A stretch of 64,000 nucleotides of DNA, from the NCBI GenBank assembly GCA_013265495.1, contig MU058103.1:938870-1002869 (forward strand). The letters run 5' to 3'. A model generated the notes under the pieces. It searched no databases, was not told the DNA's origin, and was given only the letters and a program-made list of their open reading frames with translations. The translations under genes and the position numbers were made by a program. Origin of the DNA: Vicugna vicugna. Lineage: Eukaryota. This document shows, piece by piece, positions 13,641 to 24,772 of this stretch (position 1 is its first letter; each line of letters opens with the position of its first letter).

Positions 13641-15734
13641 GTTCTCAAGATGCTTTTAAGTATATGCACAGAAATAAATTCAAGATCAGATGTACAAATA
13701 GGAATTTCTGGCAAATTTCTTAAATAATAAGCTCTAGGGAAAGACCTGTGGCTTCTGCTTTTTGACTGGTGCTTCAACTTTTGCCACTATTAGAGCCTTA
13801 ACATTTTGATGTAAGTTTTTGGCTTTTATGAAAATTGAGCTGGATTGGGAAAGGAGAAATATGGTGTGAAAGGAAGAGCATTGGGTGAGCAATAATGAAT
13901 CCTGAGTGGTTGATCTAGCTCCGCCATCATTTGGGTTTGTGATCTTGAGGACGTCCTTATACCTCTGTAGGCTATGGTTTCCTTGCCTGTAAAACCAGGA
14001 CACTCCATTGATTTTTTTTCCCAGTACCCTAAATTCAATATACATCGATTTGCTGATCCTCTAAGTGGGTATTTTCATTGATTTACTCTGGGAACGTGGA
14101 AACAGACATGTGTGGTCAGTTCCTTTGTGGACCTTGAGTCTAGAGAGACTTGGAAAAGACAGAGAGAGAAAACTCCAGGCACTTAAAATAAAGAGCAGTA
14201 AGTACTTAAATGTACAGGAAGACGCACCTAACCTGTTTGAGGGCTATCAGGGAAGACTTCTGTTTCAAGGTAGAGGACAAAAGAAGAGGAGGGATGTCTA
14301 AGGGTACCCAAAGACCTGGAAATGAGAGCCAGCAGAACATATTCTAGAATCAGAAACAGGTCTAGTTTTACTAGAACAGATTGTACAAACAAGAAAAGAG
14401 GAAATGTATGTAGAGAAGTAAGGACTGATGAAATAATACATATTCTTTTTCATCTTTGCACTCTTGTGTTTTAACAGTCAGAAATGATTATTAGATCACC
14501 AAATACATGTGACGAACTGTTCTTATGCCTTTCTTTCCCATTGTGAGTGGAAACCAAGATTTTATCAAGGGTGATTGGAGAGAAGAAAAACCACTTGAGA
14601 GATCAAGTTGAGGTGGGAAGGCACTGCAGCTAGAAAGAAAAGATATCTGTGAGAGGAGAGGTCTGGGAACTGGCCTTCATTTTCTGATTCATTGAATAAA
14701 TACTTATTGGTCCACTTATCACGTGACAAGTCCTGCTCTAGCCCCTGGGAATGTGGCAGTGGACAAGACATCCAAGTCCCTATGTGCATGGAGGTGACGT
14801 GACTGTGCCTCTTGCTTGTGGAGCATCTCACGTGCTGTTTATGGAAGCTAGTTCAGTACCAAGAGGTATTTAGGGATGGGCTGATCTCTGCAAAGTGGAA
14901 CGCATTTCTGCAAAATGGAAATCCCCCCATTTTTCAATCGGTGCCAAGCATTCTGTTGATTTATGGTTATGTGAAGGATAATTAGATACCCTGGTTGCAC
15001 ACAGATTGTGTGACAGCGTTGTCATTAGTTTGCCACGTTCACAAGGAAAATAAAAGCCCTTCAATGTATGTTCATGTTAACATGGCATTAGTATTACATT
15101 TAGAAAGTTTACCTAGTCATTCAAATTATTTCCATAAAAGGGTGGCATATAATTTTAAATAATAGAGTCATTTTTCTTTCCTTTGGCCACGATGAAATGG
15201 ATATTCATAGATTTAAATGAAAAGATCTCATAGTATGAATAAAGTACCAAATTTAGGTCATAGAGCTACAAAATACATTCATTTTAACTGCAATTTGTGT
15301 AAGTATTAAAGAGAGTACCCAGGAAGAAATTTGATTTAATGCTTTGAAAATAATTGAGCAAGGTCCAGTTTTTAAAGATTAAGACCAAGTGAGCAGAAAA
15401 GAATCCTGAGCTGACAGCCAGGCTTTTGTTCTCATTCCAGTACTGAGACTGGCTTGTGTTGTGATGTTAAGAAGGTGATTCAGACAAGGCAGTACTGGCC
15501 TCCAATAAAAGAAAGCCTATATTCTGGGATCATATGTTAGAAAAAACTGTCAAGTGAACTTGCTTTGTGCAGGTCCTAAGGAGTAGAACTGACAATAGCC
15601 AGGATTATAACTAGAGTGAGAGAAACCTATGATCACTACAACAAGCATTATTATTACTTCCTATTCATAGCCAAGTTTGATTACTTTATTATTATGGCAA
15701 AGACTACATATGTTTCTATACGTGTATATATTAG

Positions 15735-15935
15735 CCTTTATTGAACACTTATTATATAGCACATATTCATGTACTTAATAATTTATTTGAAAAACAATAC
15801 TATAAATTAAGTACTATTATTATTTCCATTTAATTGATGAGGAAACTAAAAGATGGAGAAATAAAGTAATTTTGCCAGAAATAACACAATTAGTAATTAA
15901 TGAGGCCAGTATGCAATTCCAGACCATCTTAGAGT
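15735..15935 (-). mobile_element. MIR SINE
   Basis: TTTATTGAACACTTA..GTACTATTATTAT..CCATTT..GATGAGGAAACT. Confidence 0.7.
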
Positions 15936-16064
15936 ATCAGTGTGTAGATTTAATAAATGCACAAATACAGAGGACCAAATGGAGTCTTTGAATTGCAGTA
16001 GTAGGTGATCAGAAATCTTGTTTCTCTTCTTCATTAACCTCCTTCAAGATGTTGGGGAGCATGT

Positions 16065-16348
16065 ATGAATTCTCAGTTATATGACAAATAAGTGTAAGGA
16101 TTTAATGTACAGCATGGAAATTATAGTTAATAACACTGTATTTTATACTTGAAATTTGCTAAGAGTAGACCTTAAGCGTGCTCACCACACACAAAAGTTA
16201 GCTATGTGAGGTGATGGATGTGTTCATTAACTTGATTGTAGTAGTCATCTCACAATGTATAAACATATCAAATCATCACATTTTACACTTTGAATGTATA
16301 CAATAATATTTGTCAATTATTCCTTATTAAAGCTGGAAAATAAATAAA
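16065..16348 (+). mobile_element. L1MA9-like 3' end
   Basis: AATGTACAGCATGG..TATAGTTAATAACACTGTA..ACTTGAAATTTGCTAAGAGTAGA..TGAGGTGATGGATGTG..TTGTCAATTATTCCT..TAAAGCTGGAAAA. Confidence 0.85.
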
Positions 16349-16509
16349 GTCTGATTTTTAAAAAGATACCCTGCAGGAATAAAGCTTTCCTAGTTAATGG
16401 CAAGTAATATTGTCACTGGCCACTCCAAGATTTCTAAATGAAAGTATTTTTGAGAGTTGTCGGTCTAGCTGATTTCATGACTGATGATCTTGCCCCTAAG
16501 ACTGTTGAA

Positions 16510-16905
16510 ACAGTTAAGTAGGTTTTTGGCTGAAAGTAATAGATAGTCAAACTAAAAAGGCTTAAGCAAGCAGGGATTTTTTTTTTTTCAGTGTAACAAC
16601 AAATCTGAATATAAAGAGTCTGGGGCTGGTGCAGGGTCTCCATCAAAGACCCACATTCCTATTTTCTTTCTGCTCCATTATTTATAACATATTAGCTAAT
16701 TGTCTCATATTCACAAGCTAGCTTCCCCAGCAACAGGCATCATTTCTGTGTTGAAGGCAAGAAGGGACACTTCCAACTATGTCTGTCCCTTTAACAGATA
16801 AACAGAAGATCCCCAAAACTCCCCATCCAACATTGCTTACTTGTGTCATTAACTAAATTGTGTCACATGGCCCACTCTAGCTGCAGGGGATGTTGGTAAA
16901 AGAAA
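16510..16905 (-). mobile_element. MLT1 (ERVL-MaLR, J/K-like) LTR
   Basis: GGCTTAAGCAAG, ATCAAAGACCCA, TGTGTCACATGGCCCACTCTAGCTGCAGGGGA motifs typical of old MLT1 in antisense. Confidence 0.65.
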
Positions 16906-17054
16906 AAGGTCTCACATTTAAATAAATATGTTGATCTCTGAATGTCTCAGAAACTTAACAGAAGACAATTGTATTAACAGGTCACAGTTGGATGCACTGC
17001 AATTATTTGGAATCTGCAATAATTTGGATCCTAAATGTTCTTTTTACTGTAATG

Positions 17055-17265
17055 CAAGGTTTGGCAAACTTTGTATGTAAAAGGGCAGATAATTTGGCTT
17101 TCCAAGCCATGTAAGCTCTGTGGCTATCACTCAACTCAGTCACTTAGTACAAAAGATGCCCTAGACCATATGTAAATAAATGAGCATTGCAGTGTTCCAA
17201 CAAAACTTTATAAGAATAGCTGGCAAGATAAATTTATCCCATTGACCATAGTTTGCTGCTTTCTA
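17055..17265 (+). mobile_element. MER58A-like hAT-Charlie DNA transposon
   Basis: GGCAAACTTT..TGTAAA.GGGCAGATA..CTCTGT..ACTCAACTC..GTAAATAAATGAG..GTGTTCCAA.AAAACTTTA..CCATAGTTTGC. Confidence 0.8.
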
Positions 17266-18300
17266 CCATTATGATACCAAAAATCCTGACATTCTTTTGA
17301 TAATATAATAGTAGATGTAGTTATCAAATATAACAACATATTCAAAGAGGGTTCAACCAGTTGAAAACTTCTGCCATTGTGTTTTAAGTTAAATCACCTT
17401 TTCATCCCCTCGCTAAGGAAGACTGAGGGAGATATTAACTGTCATTAATAATGTACATACCAAGGAGCTTTCTCTCTAGTTGGGCTCAAATATACATCAT
17501 TGTGTTCTCTTTAATTATTTTAATAGGAAAATATAGCCTATATGTTTTATGTCCAGAATATTAGTAAGACCGTTCCATTAGTTTTGGTGGCTTCAGCTGC
17601 CTCATATGTGTTGATCTCATGTAACACATAGTAGATACTACACTGTAGCTTTTCAGCACTGATACAGAAATACCAGCTTTGAAAACTGTAGAAACTCAAT
17701 GTAGACCAAAGACAAAGGGAACATATAGACAGGGGCTGGACCAGCAGGAATCATCAAGCCTGTAGGTGAAAATCAAGATGGGAGGAAGGTAGTTGTTGGA
17801 GAAGCAAGGTTCAGTGTGAGCACATTCATTCAGTGCAGAGAGTCAAAATTATATAACTGTCCTGGCGGGTCTCACCTGCAGGACTGAAGAGCGACTGCCT
17901 AGGAGGGGATGGTGGCAGGTGTTCTGAGTTTAAAGATAGGCGCTCTGGAGACAGCCTCTGAATGGTGGCAGTGAGAGAGATGGCTTATGTGACCTCAGAA
18001 GTGACTTTCAAAGCTAACGTTCTGTAAAGCCTGCAGCTGTGGCGGCTACCCTGGGTCACCAACTCAGGAGGAAGCCTGCTGCCTCACAGCCAGCCATGCT
18101 CTGGGTGAATACGGTCACCGCCACGCCTCCATGAGCTGCCTTTTGGTCCATGAACTCCATCTGTGGCCATTGTCAGTGTGCTCTGAGGGGAGCAGAAATC
18201 ACCTCTAGGCCTGACTCTGAACTGCCAGCCTAAAGGATTTGCCTGTTTCCAAAGGGCCAGGGAAGGTTACCCTGCTTTCTCACCTCTTTCTCTCTTTCTC

Positions 18301-18417
18301 TTTTTTTGGGCAGGGTAGGGGGAAGTAGTTTTTATTTGTTTTTGGAGGAGGTACTGGGGATTGAGGACCTTGTGCATGCTAAACGTGTGCTCTACTACTT
18401 GAGTTATACCCTCTCCC
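18301..18417 (-). mobile_element. tRNA-derived SINE, camelid Vic-1-like
   Basis: Reverse complement GGGAGAGGGTATAACTCAAGTAGTAGAGCACACGTTTAGCATGCACAAGGTCCTCAATCCCCAGTACCTCC plus A-rich tail; the B-box is partly deleted. Confidence 0.85.
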
Positions 18418-19104
18418 TCTCTTTTCTTCTTAGAGCTTTCCTCTGCCCTCATTGGACTCCCAGTGTATTAAAAAACAAACAAACAACACAAACAAAAAGC
18501 CTGAAAAGCACCAGTTAATGATCATAAAAGCCATATGAGGGGCTTTTAAGATACCCAAATTAAAGATGAGAAAACTGAAGCTCAAGAGGAAGTAATGGTT
18601 TTTATAAAGTTCCATGGTGATTTAACCTGGACCCAAATTCAGGGCCTTGGATGCTAGCAAAAGAAGTGTTTTTTCTTTTTTTGTTTTTTGAGTCTTTTGT
18701 TTGTTACACTATTCTATCAGGATGGTTTTCTCAATTCCATGAAATTAAATTAGAAGTTATATTTTGAATAACTAAATACATAACTGAAAAACATAAATAG
18801 CTAAGAGCTAAAACTGAGTATATTTCAGTAATTTAAAATCTTTTATAATAATCCTTCATCTTTTGTTAAGAGGGGATTACCTTTTCACATATCAGATCAT
18901 TCATTCATCACAATCACATTAGGCATTATGATTGTTATCATTGGACAGAGAAGGAAGCTGACATTTAAAGAAGCTAAGTTACGAAAGGTCACATAGCTGG
19001 TAAAAGGGGAACAATTCTTGCCTCATTCAGTGGACCTATATCATTGCTCCTTTTCTCTGCCTTGGGAATTATTCTATATATTTTGCAAGGCCGTTCTATC
19101 CTCT

Positions 19105-19278
19105 TTTTAAAAAGAATTATTTATTTATCATTTGTTTTCTTGTCTCTGTTTTTTATTTTTTGCTGGGGTGGGGTCATTAAGTTTTTTTTTTTCTTTTTTA
19201 ACAGAGGTAACTGGGTATTGAACCCACGATCTTGTGGATGCGAGGCATGCACCATACCACTGAGCTATACCCTTCCCC
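19105..19278 (-). mobile_element. tRNA-derived SINE, Vic-1-like, with diverged ~19-bp TSD
   Basis: Reverse complement GGGGAAGGGTATAGCTCAGTGGTA..GGGTTCAATACCCAG (A and B boxes); TSD CAAGGCCGTTCTATCCTCT / CAAGACCATTCCATCTTCT. Confidence 0.87.
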
Positions 19279-19522
19279 CAAGACCATTCCATCTTCTAAA
19301 TGAAACTTATTTCTGAATCTTCAGTGGACTGAGTTTTATGCACCTAATTGAATAAAACTAGAAGAAAGGAGTTATTCGCAAATGTTGAAGTCATGACAGG
19401 CCTTTACTCTGTAAGAATGCCCCAACCTCCCTCTCTCTCTCTTTCTCTTGACTGAGAGTTAATGATAGGTAGCACCATACTGTGTTGTAGGAAGCCTATA
19501 AGCATGAAATAATTCGCACAGT

Positions 19523-19525
<3 letters not shown>

Positions 19526-19572
<47 letters not shown>
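19526..19572. repeat. (CA)n microsatellite
   Basis: Perfect AC run of about 23 units. Confidence 0.95.
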
Positions 19573-19575
<3 letters not shown>

Positions 19576-20429
19576 GTATACACATATACACATAAATCCA
19601 GAGCAAGGTCTGCAGAGATAAAGGGATCTCTCCTATTCCAACCTCACGTCATTGAAGCCTCCTTGTAAACTTGTTTACTTGTATTTTGTCCCGAGGTCAG
19701 GAGCTCTGCAGGACCTCAGCATCTGATCCATCACTAATAAACATTAATCTGGAGTAGACAGATTGTTCAGTGGTGATAACGGGAGATAAAGAGTATTGTG
19801 AAAATAAAGCACCTACCTGTAACTAACCCTGCCTCCGTCATCTAAACTTTGCTGTTCTTCTTTCTTAACAAATGACTTCCCAAAGAGAAGTCAAATTCCA
19901 GGAAATTCTATAAAGTGCTTAGTTTATATAAATAAAACCTAGGCAACATGGTAGGTGCTGGCATCATGTTCCGTGGGGATCATGTGCAACTAAAATGAGT
20001 CGGGAGGTGTTGAAACATACTCAGAGAGAGAGCGGGCTCTAAGATCCAGGCTTATTTAGATTTGAATCTCAATCCAACCATCTTTCTCTTCTATGACTGT
20101 GAGAGAGGCATTCTTTCTTTGTAACCTTAGGGAATTCTATTAAATGGGAGTAATGCACTTAACCCTCAAGGATTCAAGTGAAACCCTGTAGGCTTCACTA
20201 AGTAAATGCATGTAAAGCACCACTGAGTTCAGTACCTAGAACAGAAGTAATTTCCAACAAGTGGGAGAGATTGTTATCCCAACAACAAATGCAGTTTCTT
20301 ATACAATGCCAATGGAAGGGAATTTTTTTAAAAACAGTTTTTCGATGTATTTCAAGACCCTGAAAGGCATCATCTTTGTCCTGGTAATTTGTCTTCTAGG
20401 AGTCTTACCTTACAGAAATCTCACAGTAT

Positions 20430-20920
20430 CACTTCTTACCTAAAATCCCTCAAGAGTTCCACGTTGCCCTCAGGGTGAAGGTCACCATCACAAATAAACT
20501 CGTAAACTTACCCTTCATAATCTGGAACTTGTTAATTATTTAGCCTCATTGATCTCATTCCTCGCCTTGAATTCCAGATTCCAGACTTCATAAATGTCTT
20601 GCAGATTCCCAGAGGAGCCATGTACACACCCTTCTTGCTGCCTAAGCTAGTCTTTCCTTTCTGTTTACCTATGTTCTTCTTATCTTTCCATGCCAGGAAG
20701 CCTAATCATTAACTTCCCCTCTGAGTTATTTGCCTTCTTTGCATCCCTGAGGGATCCCCTTCTATTCTGACACTGGTATACTAGAGGCTGTTTACTAGTT
20801 GGTATCAACCATAGAATGTAAACTCCATATGAACGTGAACATGGCTTTTTGCTTCTTGTATTTCCAATTCCTAGTGTAGCCCTGTGTGAGATAGATTGTC
20901 CATATTTATTGATTGAAGAA
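20430..20920 (+). mobile_element. L2 fragment through the 3' end
   Basis: AAAATCCCTCAA..GCCCTCAGG..AGAATGTAAACTCCAT..ATTTATTGATTGAA. Confidence 0.65.
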
Positions 20921-22199
20921 TTGCAGGCCATAAATCTGGAACAAAAGGAAAGAAAGCTTTGGACACTAGGATCCTCATCACTGTATGAATTAAGAGTAAA
21001 AAATAAAAAGAAAACACCAGTACACTTTCAAAATAGAAAATGGGTTAAACCATGATTTCCCACATTATGGAACATAAAGCCAGTGTATTTTATACAAAAA
21101 TACTATATAACAGCAAAGGAAAATGGTATTATTTATTATTAAGTAAAAAAAAAGCAAGATACAAGTTCTGAATTCAGTTATCTCCATTATAAAAAGAAGT
21201 ACTCTAAAACATGAATGATCTCATTTCTGCATAGCAAAATTATGAAAGATTGAAATTTTTTCTTTATCTTCGCTAAGTTTCCCAATATCCTAAATGAATG
21301 TGCAGTAGTAACTTATTTTTGTTGTCATTTTATAATACGTATTAACATGTTATTGAAAGAATAAAAGCTATTAAACACTGGGCATTGGGAAGTTTCCTGG
21401 GGTGAGGGGTGAGGAATTTAAATCGTGAGCTGGCAGCAAAGGCTGGTCAGCAGCAGCACGGATTAGTGTTTTTATTTATCAAGCTGCAATTTCCCCAAGC
21501 AAGACGGGCACATCCAGCGGCTGATTTATACCCCTTGTCATGGGAAGCCAAAGCACGATAATTCTCGGATGCTGAGCTTTCCTTTGGGACGGTGTTTAGT
21601 CACTGCACGCCCCAAATATTTGATCAATTATATAGTTCCTATTGACACCCTAGGACACATTTAAAACGAATGTCTTCCGTGCAGGAAAACTCCACAAATC
21701 CAGTGATAGACACACTTTCTCTCCAGGTCCAAAAACACTTGACCTGCACAGGAGCCTTCACTCTGTGGCTTTGAGTCAAGGCACTTTCCAGGGGAGTCAC
21801 GGAGCTGGAAGGTCTGGACTGAGAGCCTGCAGGCTGTTTGCCTTATGTGATCACGGGCAGGACACGTATTCCTGCTCAGCCTGACTGTTCTATCGTGCAA
21901 TGGAAATGAGTCATTAATTACATTAGGTGACAGCTTATTATTTGACCCAGATGTGAATTTGCCCATTATTACACATTGGAAATTGTGAATTATTACACAG
22001 TCCACTTTCTGAGAGAGAGATTCCTTCCTTTCTTTGATTCTGGCTTTATTCTAACTAACCCATAAAGACCTGGGGGACAAGACACCTGTCTTTGACTGCT
22101 TTGTCCCCGGAGTGCTTGACCCGGTATATGATGGACAGATAATTTAAAAAGAATTCTTACTAAATTGACTCTACTTTGCTGTCAGCCAATTGGCAAGTC

Positions 22200-22530
22200 A
22201 CAATCAGCAAATGGTTATTGAAGTCCTGTAATAAACTAGTCACTGTACTAATTCCAAGGAGAGTAAGAATAGGTTCTGTCCTCATAACCTATGGACCACT
22301 GATGAAATTTGTACTGAACAAGTAAATACAAACAAAATTGTGTTACATGAAGAATGACAGGGGCGTTTGCTTTAGACTTGGCTGGAGGGGGTCAGGCAAT
22401 GGTTTCCTATGGAGATGATTTGTAAATTGAGTCCTTAAAGATGAAAAGGAATTCAGCAGAGGATAAATTAAGTGTGGGAATCACTTTAGGGGCAGATGGA
22501 ATGGTACATTTGAGAGCCCTGTTGCAAGGC
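22200..22530 (-). mobile_element. L2 fragment
   Basis: CAAATGGTTATTGA..CTGTCCTCA..GTCAGG..TTCCT..GGAGATGAT. Confidence 0.55.
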
Positions 22531-23070
22531 TTCGACACTAGCGTTCCAGAGGTTGTCAACTAGACCGTGAGCTTCTTAACAAGAGACTATATGTTCTTTG
22601 TCTTTGTGTTTCTAATATGTGTGCATCGGGGAGGGGAGGGGACAGTTGACACAACATAGCACAAGTTGTATGATTATTTATTGAATATGTCAGTGGTCTC
22701 AGACATACACTAGAATACCCTCCCTGTCTTAAAATACCTAACTAGGAAGACAGGTATCTATCCACATATATCACCAGATAGCAACCTTGGATGCTCTTCT
22801 TTGCTGAAATCCTTATTGGCCACAAGTATGTGATTAAAGAAGCCAAGAGGCATGAGATTCACCCCTTCCTCTGCATGTTGTTCTGTGCTTGTAAGTTATA
22901 GGTACCGGAACACATCCTACTAGGGGCATGTTCCCATAGTCATCCACAAAACCCTCTCGCTGAGAAATAGTTTAGTGTCACTTTTCCTAATAATCCCTAT
23001 CCCCCACCAGGACATTTTAATGCCACAGATACACTGTATGTCTTTTTATGCACTTAAAGCCTGTTGGAAG

Positions 23071-23540
23071 TGTCAGCCAGCAGGACCCTGGGGGGCTTTC
23101 TAGGGTCAGACCCCTCCCCCATATCCTCTGCTGCAGCTCCTCTCAGAAATACCCAGAGGATAGTATCCCATGTATATTTCCTAAGCTTTTCAGATGCTAA
23201 AGACTACCACCAAAGGAAGGAAATTAACTACTTGATGATGGAGAGTGCGTAACCCCCAGACCTTCTGACCCCTAGGGGTTGATAGTGTTGACTGCTATTA
23301 CATCAGCCAATCAGAGAATTGTGCATGAGCTGATCAGGCACCCTGTGAACCCCCTCCCTCACCTGGGCTTTAAATAGGCTTTGCTGCAACCCTTCAGGGA
23401 GTTTGGGGTTTTTCTAGAGCATGAGTCACGCCATCCTCCTTGCTTGGCCCTGCAGTAAACCTTTCTCTGCTCTAGACTTCGCTTTTTCAGTCTGTTTGGC
23501 CTCATGGTGCAGCGGGCACACGAACTTGCCTTCGGTAACA
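23071..23540 (+). mobile_element. 5' LTR of the provirus
   Basis: Starts TGTCAG, ends GGTAACA; has CCAAT, a TTTAAATA TATA-like box and an AGTAAA poly(A)-signal variant; aligns by eye with 28279-28746. Confidence 0.92.
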
Positions 23541-23544
23541 ATTT

Positions 23545-23563
23545 TAGTGAGCCAGTGCAGGAG
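23545..23563 (+). promoter_or_regulatory. Degenerate primer-binding site, tRNA-Arg type
   Basis: TAGTGAGCCAGTGCAGGAG starting 5 nt after the LTR end; resembles TGGCGAGCCAGCCAGGAG, the complement of the tRNA-Arg(ACG) 3' end. Confidence 0.7.
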
Positions 23564-24560
23564 TCTGTGCCCGTGGCAGGTCGACCACAGCCAGGGCCAG
23601 CTCCTTCCCGGAGTCCCAGCAACTGCCAGAGCTCTCTTGGCTCCGGGGAACCTGGAGGGGCTCTCCCCAGCAGGCGCCGGCCACCCTACAGCTCGGCAGT
23701 TTGGAGCCAAGAAACGTCCCGAGCTGCGGTCCACGTCGTGCGTTCCACATTCGGAGTCGCCTAGGGTGAGTCACTCCAGCTCTTGCAGGCTGGGAATTCT
23801 CTCCACTCCATCTGGGCTCATTCCCACCAGGAAGTGAGCCACTCTGGGCTCATCACGAGCCACTCTGGGTCCCTTCTTTTTCTGGAGCTGGGCCATCTGT
23901 TTGGAGGCCTCTGTTTGGGAGCGGAAGTGGGATTCTTGGAGGAAACCTCCTTTGACTGTCTGTCTGTGCGACTGCAGCTTCTTAGGTGTCTGTGTTCTTG
24001 TGTGTATGCTTTTGGGGTGAGCCACTCCAGTTGCTCAGGAGGAGAAAATTCTACCTGCTCCATCTGGGCTCCTTCCCTTGCAGGGAGTGAGCCGCCCTGG
24101 ATCCATCTCTTTTGAGAGCTGTGCCAATCTGTTTGGAGGCCTCTATCTGGGAATGGAAGTGGAATTAGGGGCTACACCTTGTCTGATCTTTTATGGGACT
24201 ATGTTGTTTTTACGTGTGTGTCAGAACTTGTGTTGGTGGGTTGAGATGTCATTGAGTAATGGGGCTAGTGTGTGGTGACACCAGGGTATCTTTCCCTATG
24301 GCCTTGGCCTCCCCTGTGGTGAAGCGTTGGTCGGGATGTTCCCTTTTTAGCTTCAGCCTTTGATTCAGCTTCCTCTCTGATGGGGCAATGGTTGGGGCTC
24401 TCCCCTTGTGATCAGACGGGGCATTGGTTAGGAGTCTCCCTTTTGGGGCTAGGGAGCTGTGACCCTGAGAGATCATTTTGAATTGTTTGCTTGATATTTG
24501 ATAACATCAGCCATGAATAATTAAGTATAGATGATCAGAGCTCTGTTCCGTGTTATATAT

Positions 24561-24727
24561 AGTCCTCTTGGAGTGTGTTTTGCAGAACTGGGAGATATTC
24601 AGCTATGCTCCCATAAATAAAAGAAAATGATATTTTTTATTGTAACACTGTGTGACTCAGGACTCCCTGAGATTTGGAGAGCAATGGCCCCAGTGGCTCT
24701 GCTGTTATATCAAGTGGGCCTTTTGCT
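24561..24727 (+). pseudogene. ERV gag matrix (MA) N-terminal remnant with frameshifts and a stop
   Basis: Frame-spliced translation gives SPLG/CVLQNWEIFSYAPINKRK/MIF/YCNTV*...GEQWP...LLYQVGL, resembling the ERV1 MA pattern PLGCILxNW...LIFFCNTAWPQY...WP...QLDLFC. Confidence 0.7.
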
Positions 24728-24737
24728 TTTATCTTGG

Positions 24738-24739
<2 letters not shown>

Positions 24740-24771
<32 letters not shown>
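24740..24771. repeat. (TG)n microsatellite inside the ERV
   Basis: Perfect GT run of about 16 units. Confidence 0.95.

Positions 24772-24772
<1 letters not shown>

Noticed and set aside
18340..19278. tRNA-like sequences with A and B boxes as tRNA genes
   Set aside because: They have A-rich tails, TSD-like flanks and degenerate stems, so they are SINEs.
23359..24278. Cluster of overlapping 66-138 aa ORFs on both strands
   Set aside because: They lie in the GC-rich LTR and leader of the ERV, where stops are rare; no protein motifs. The similar peptide at 28500-28920 simply reflects the second LTR.
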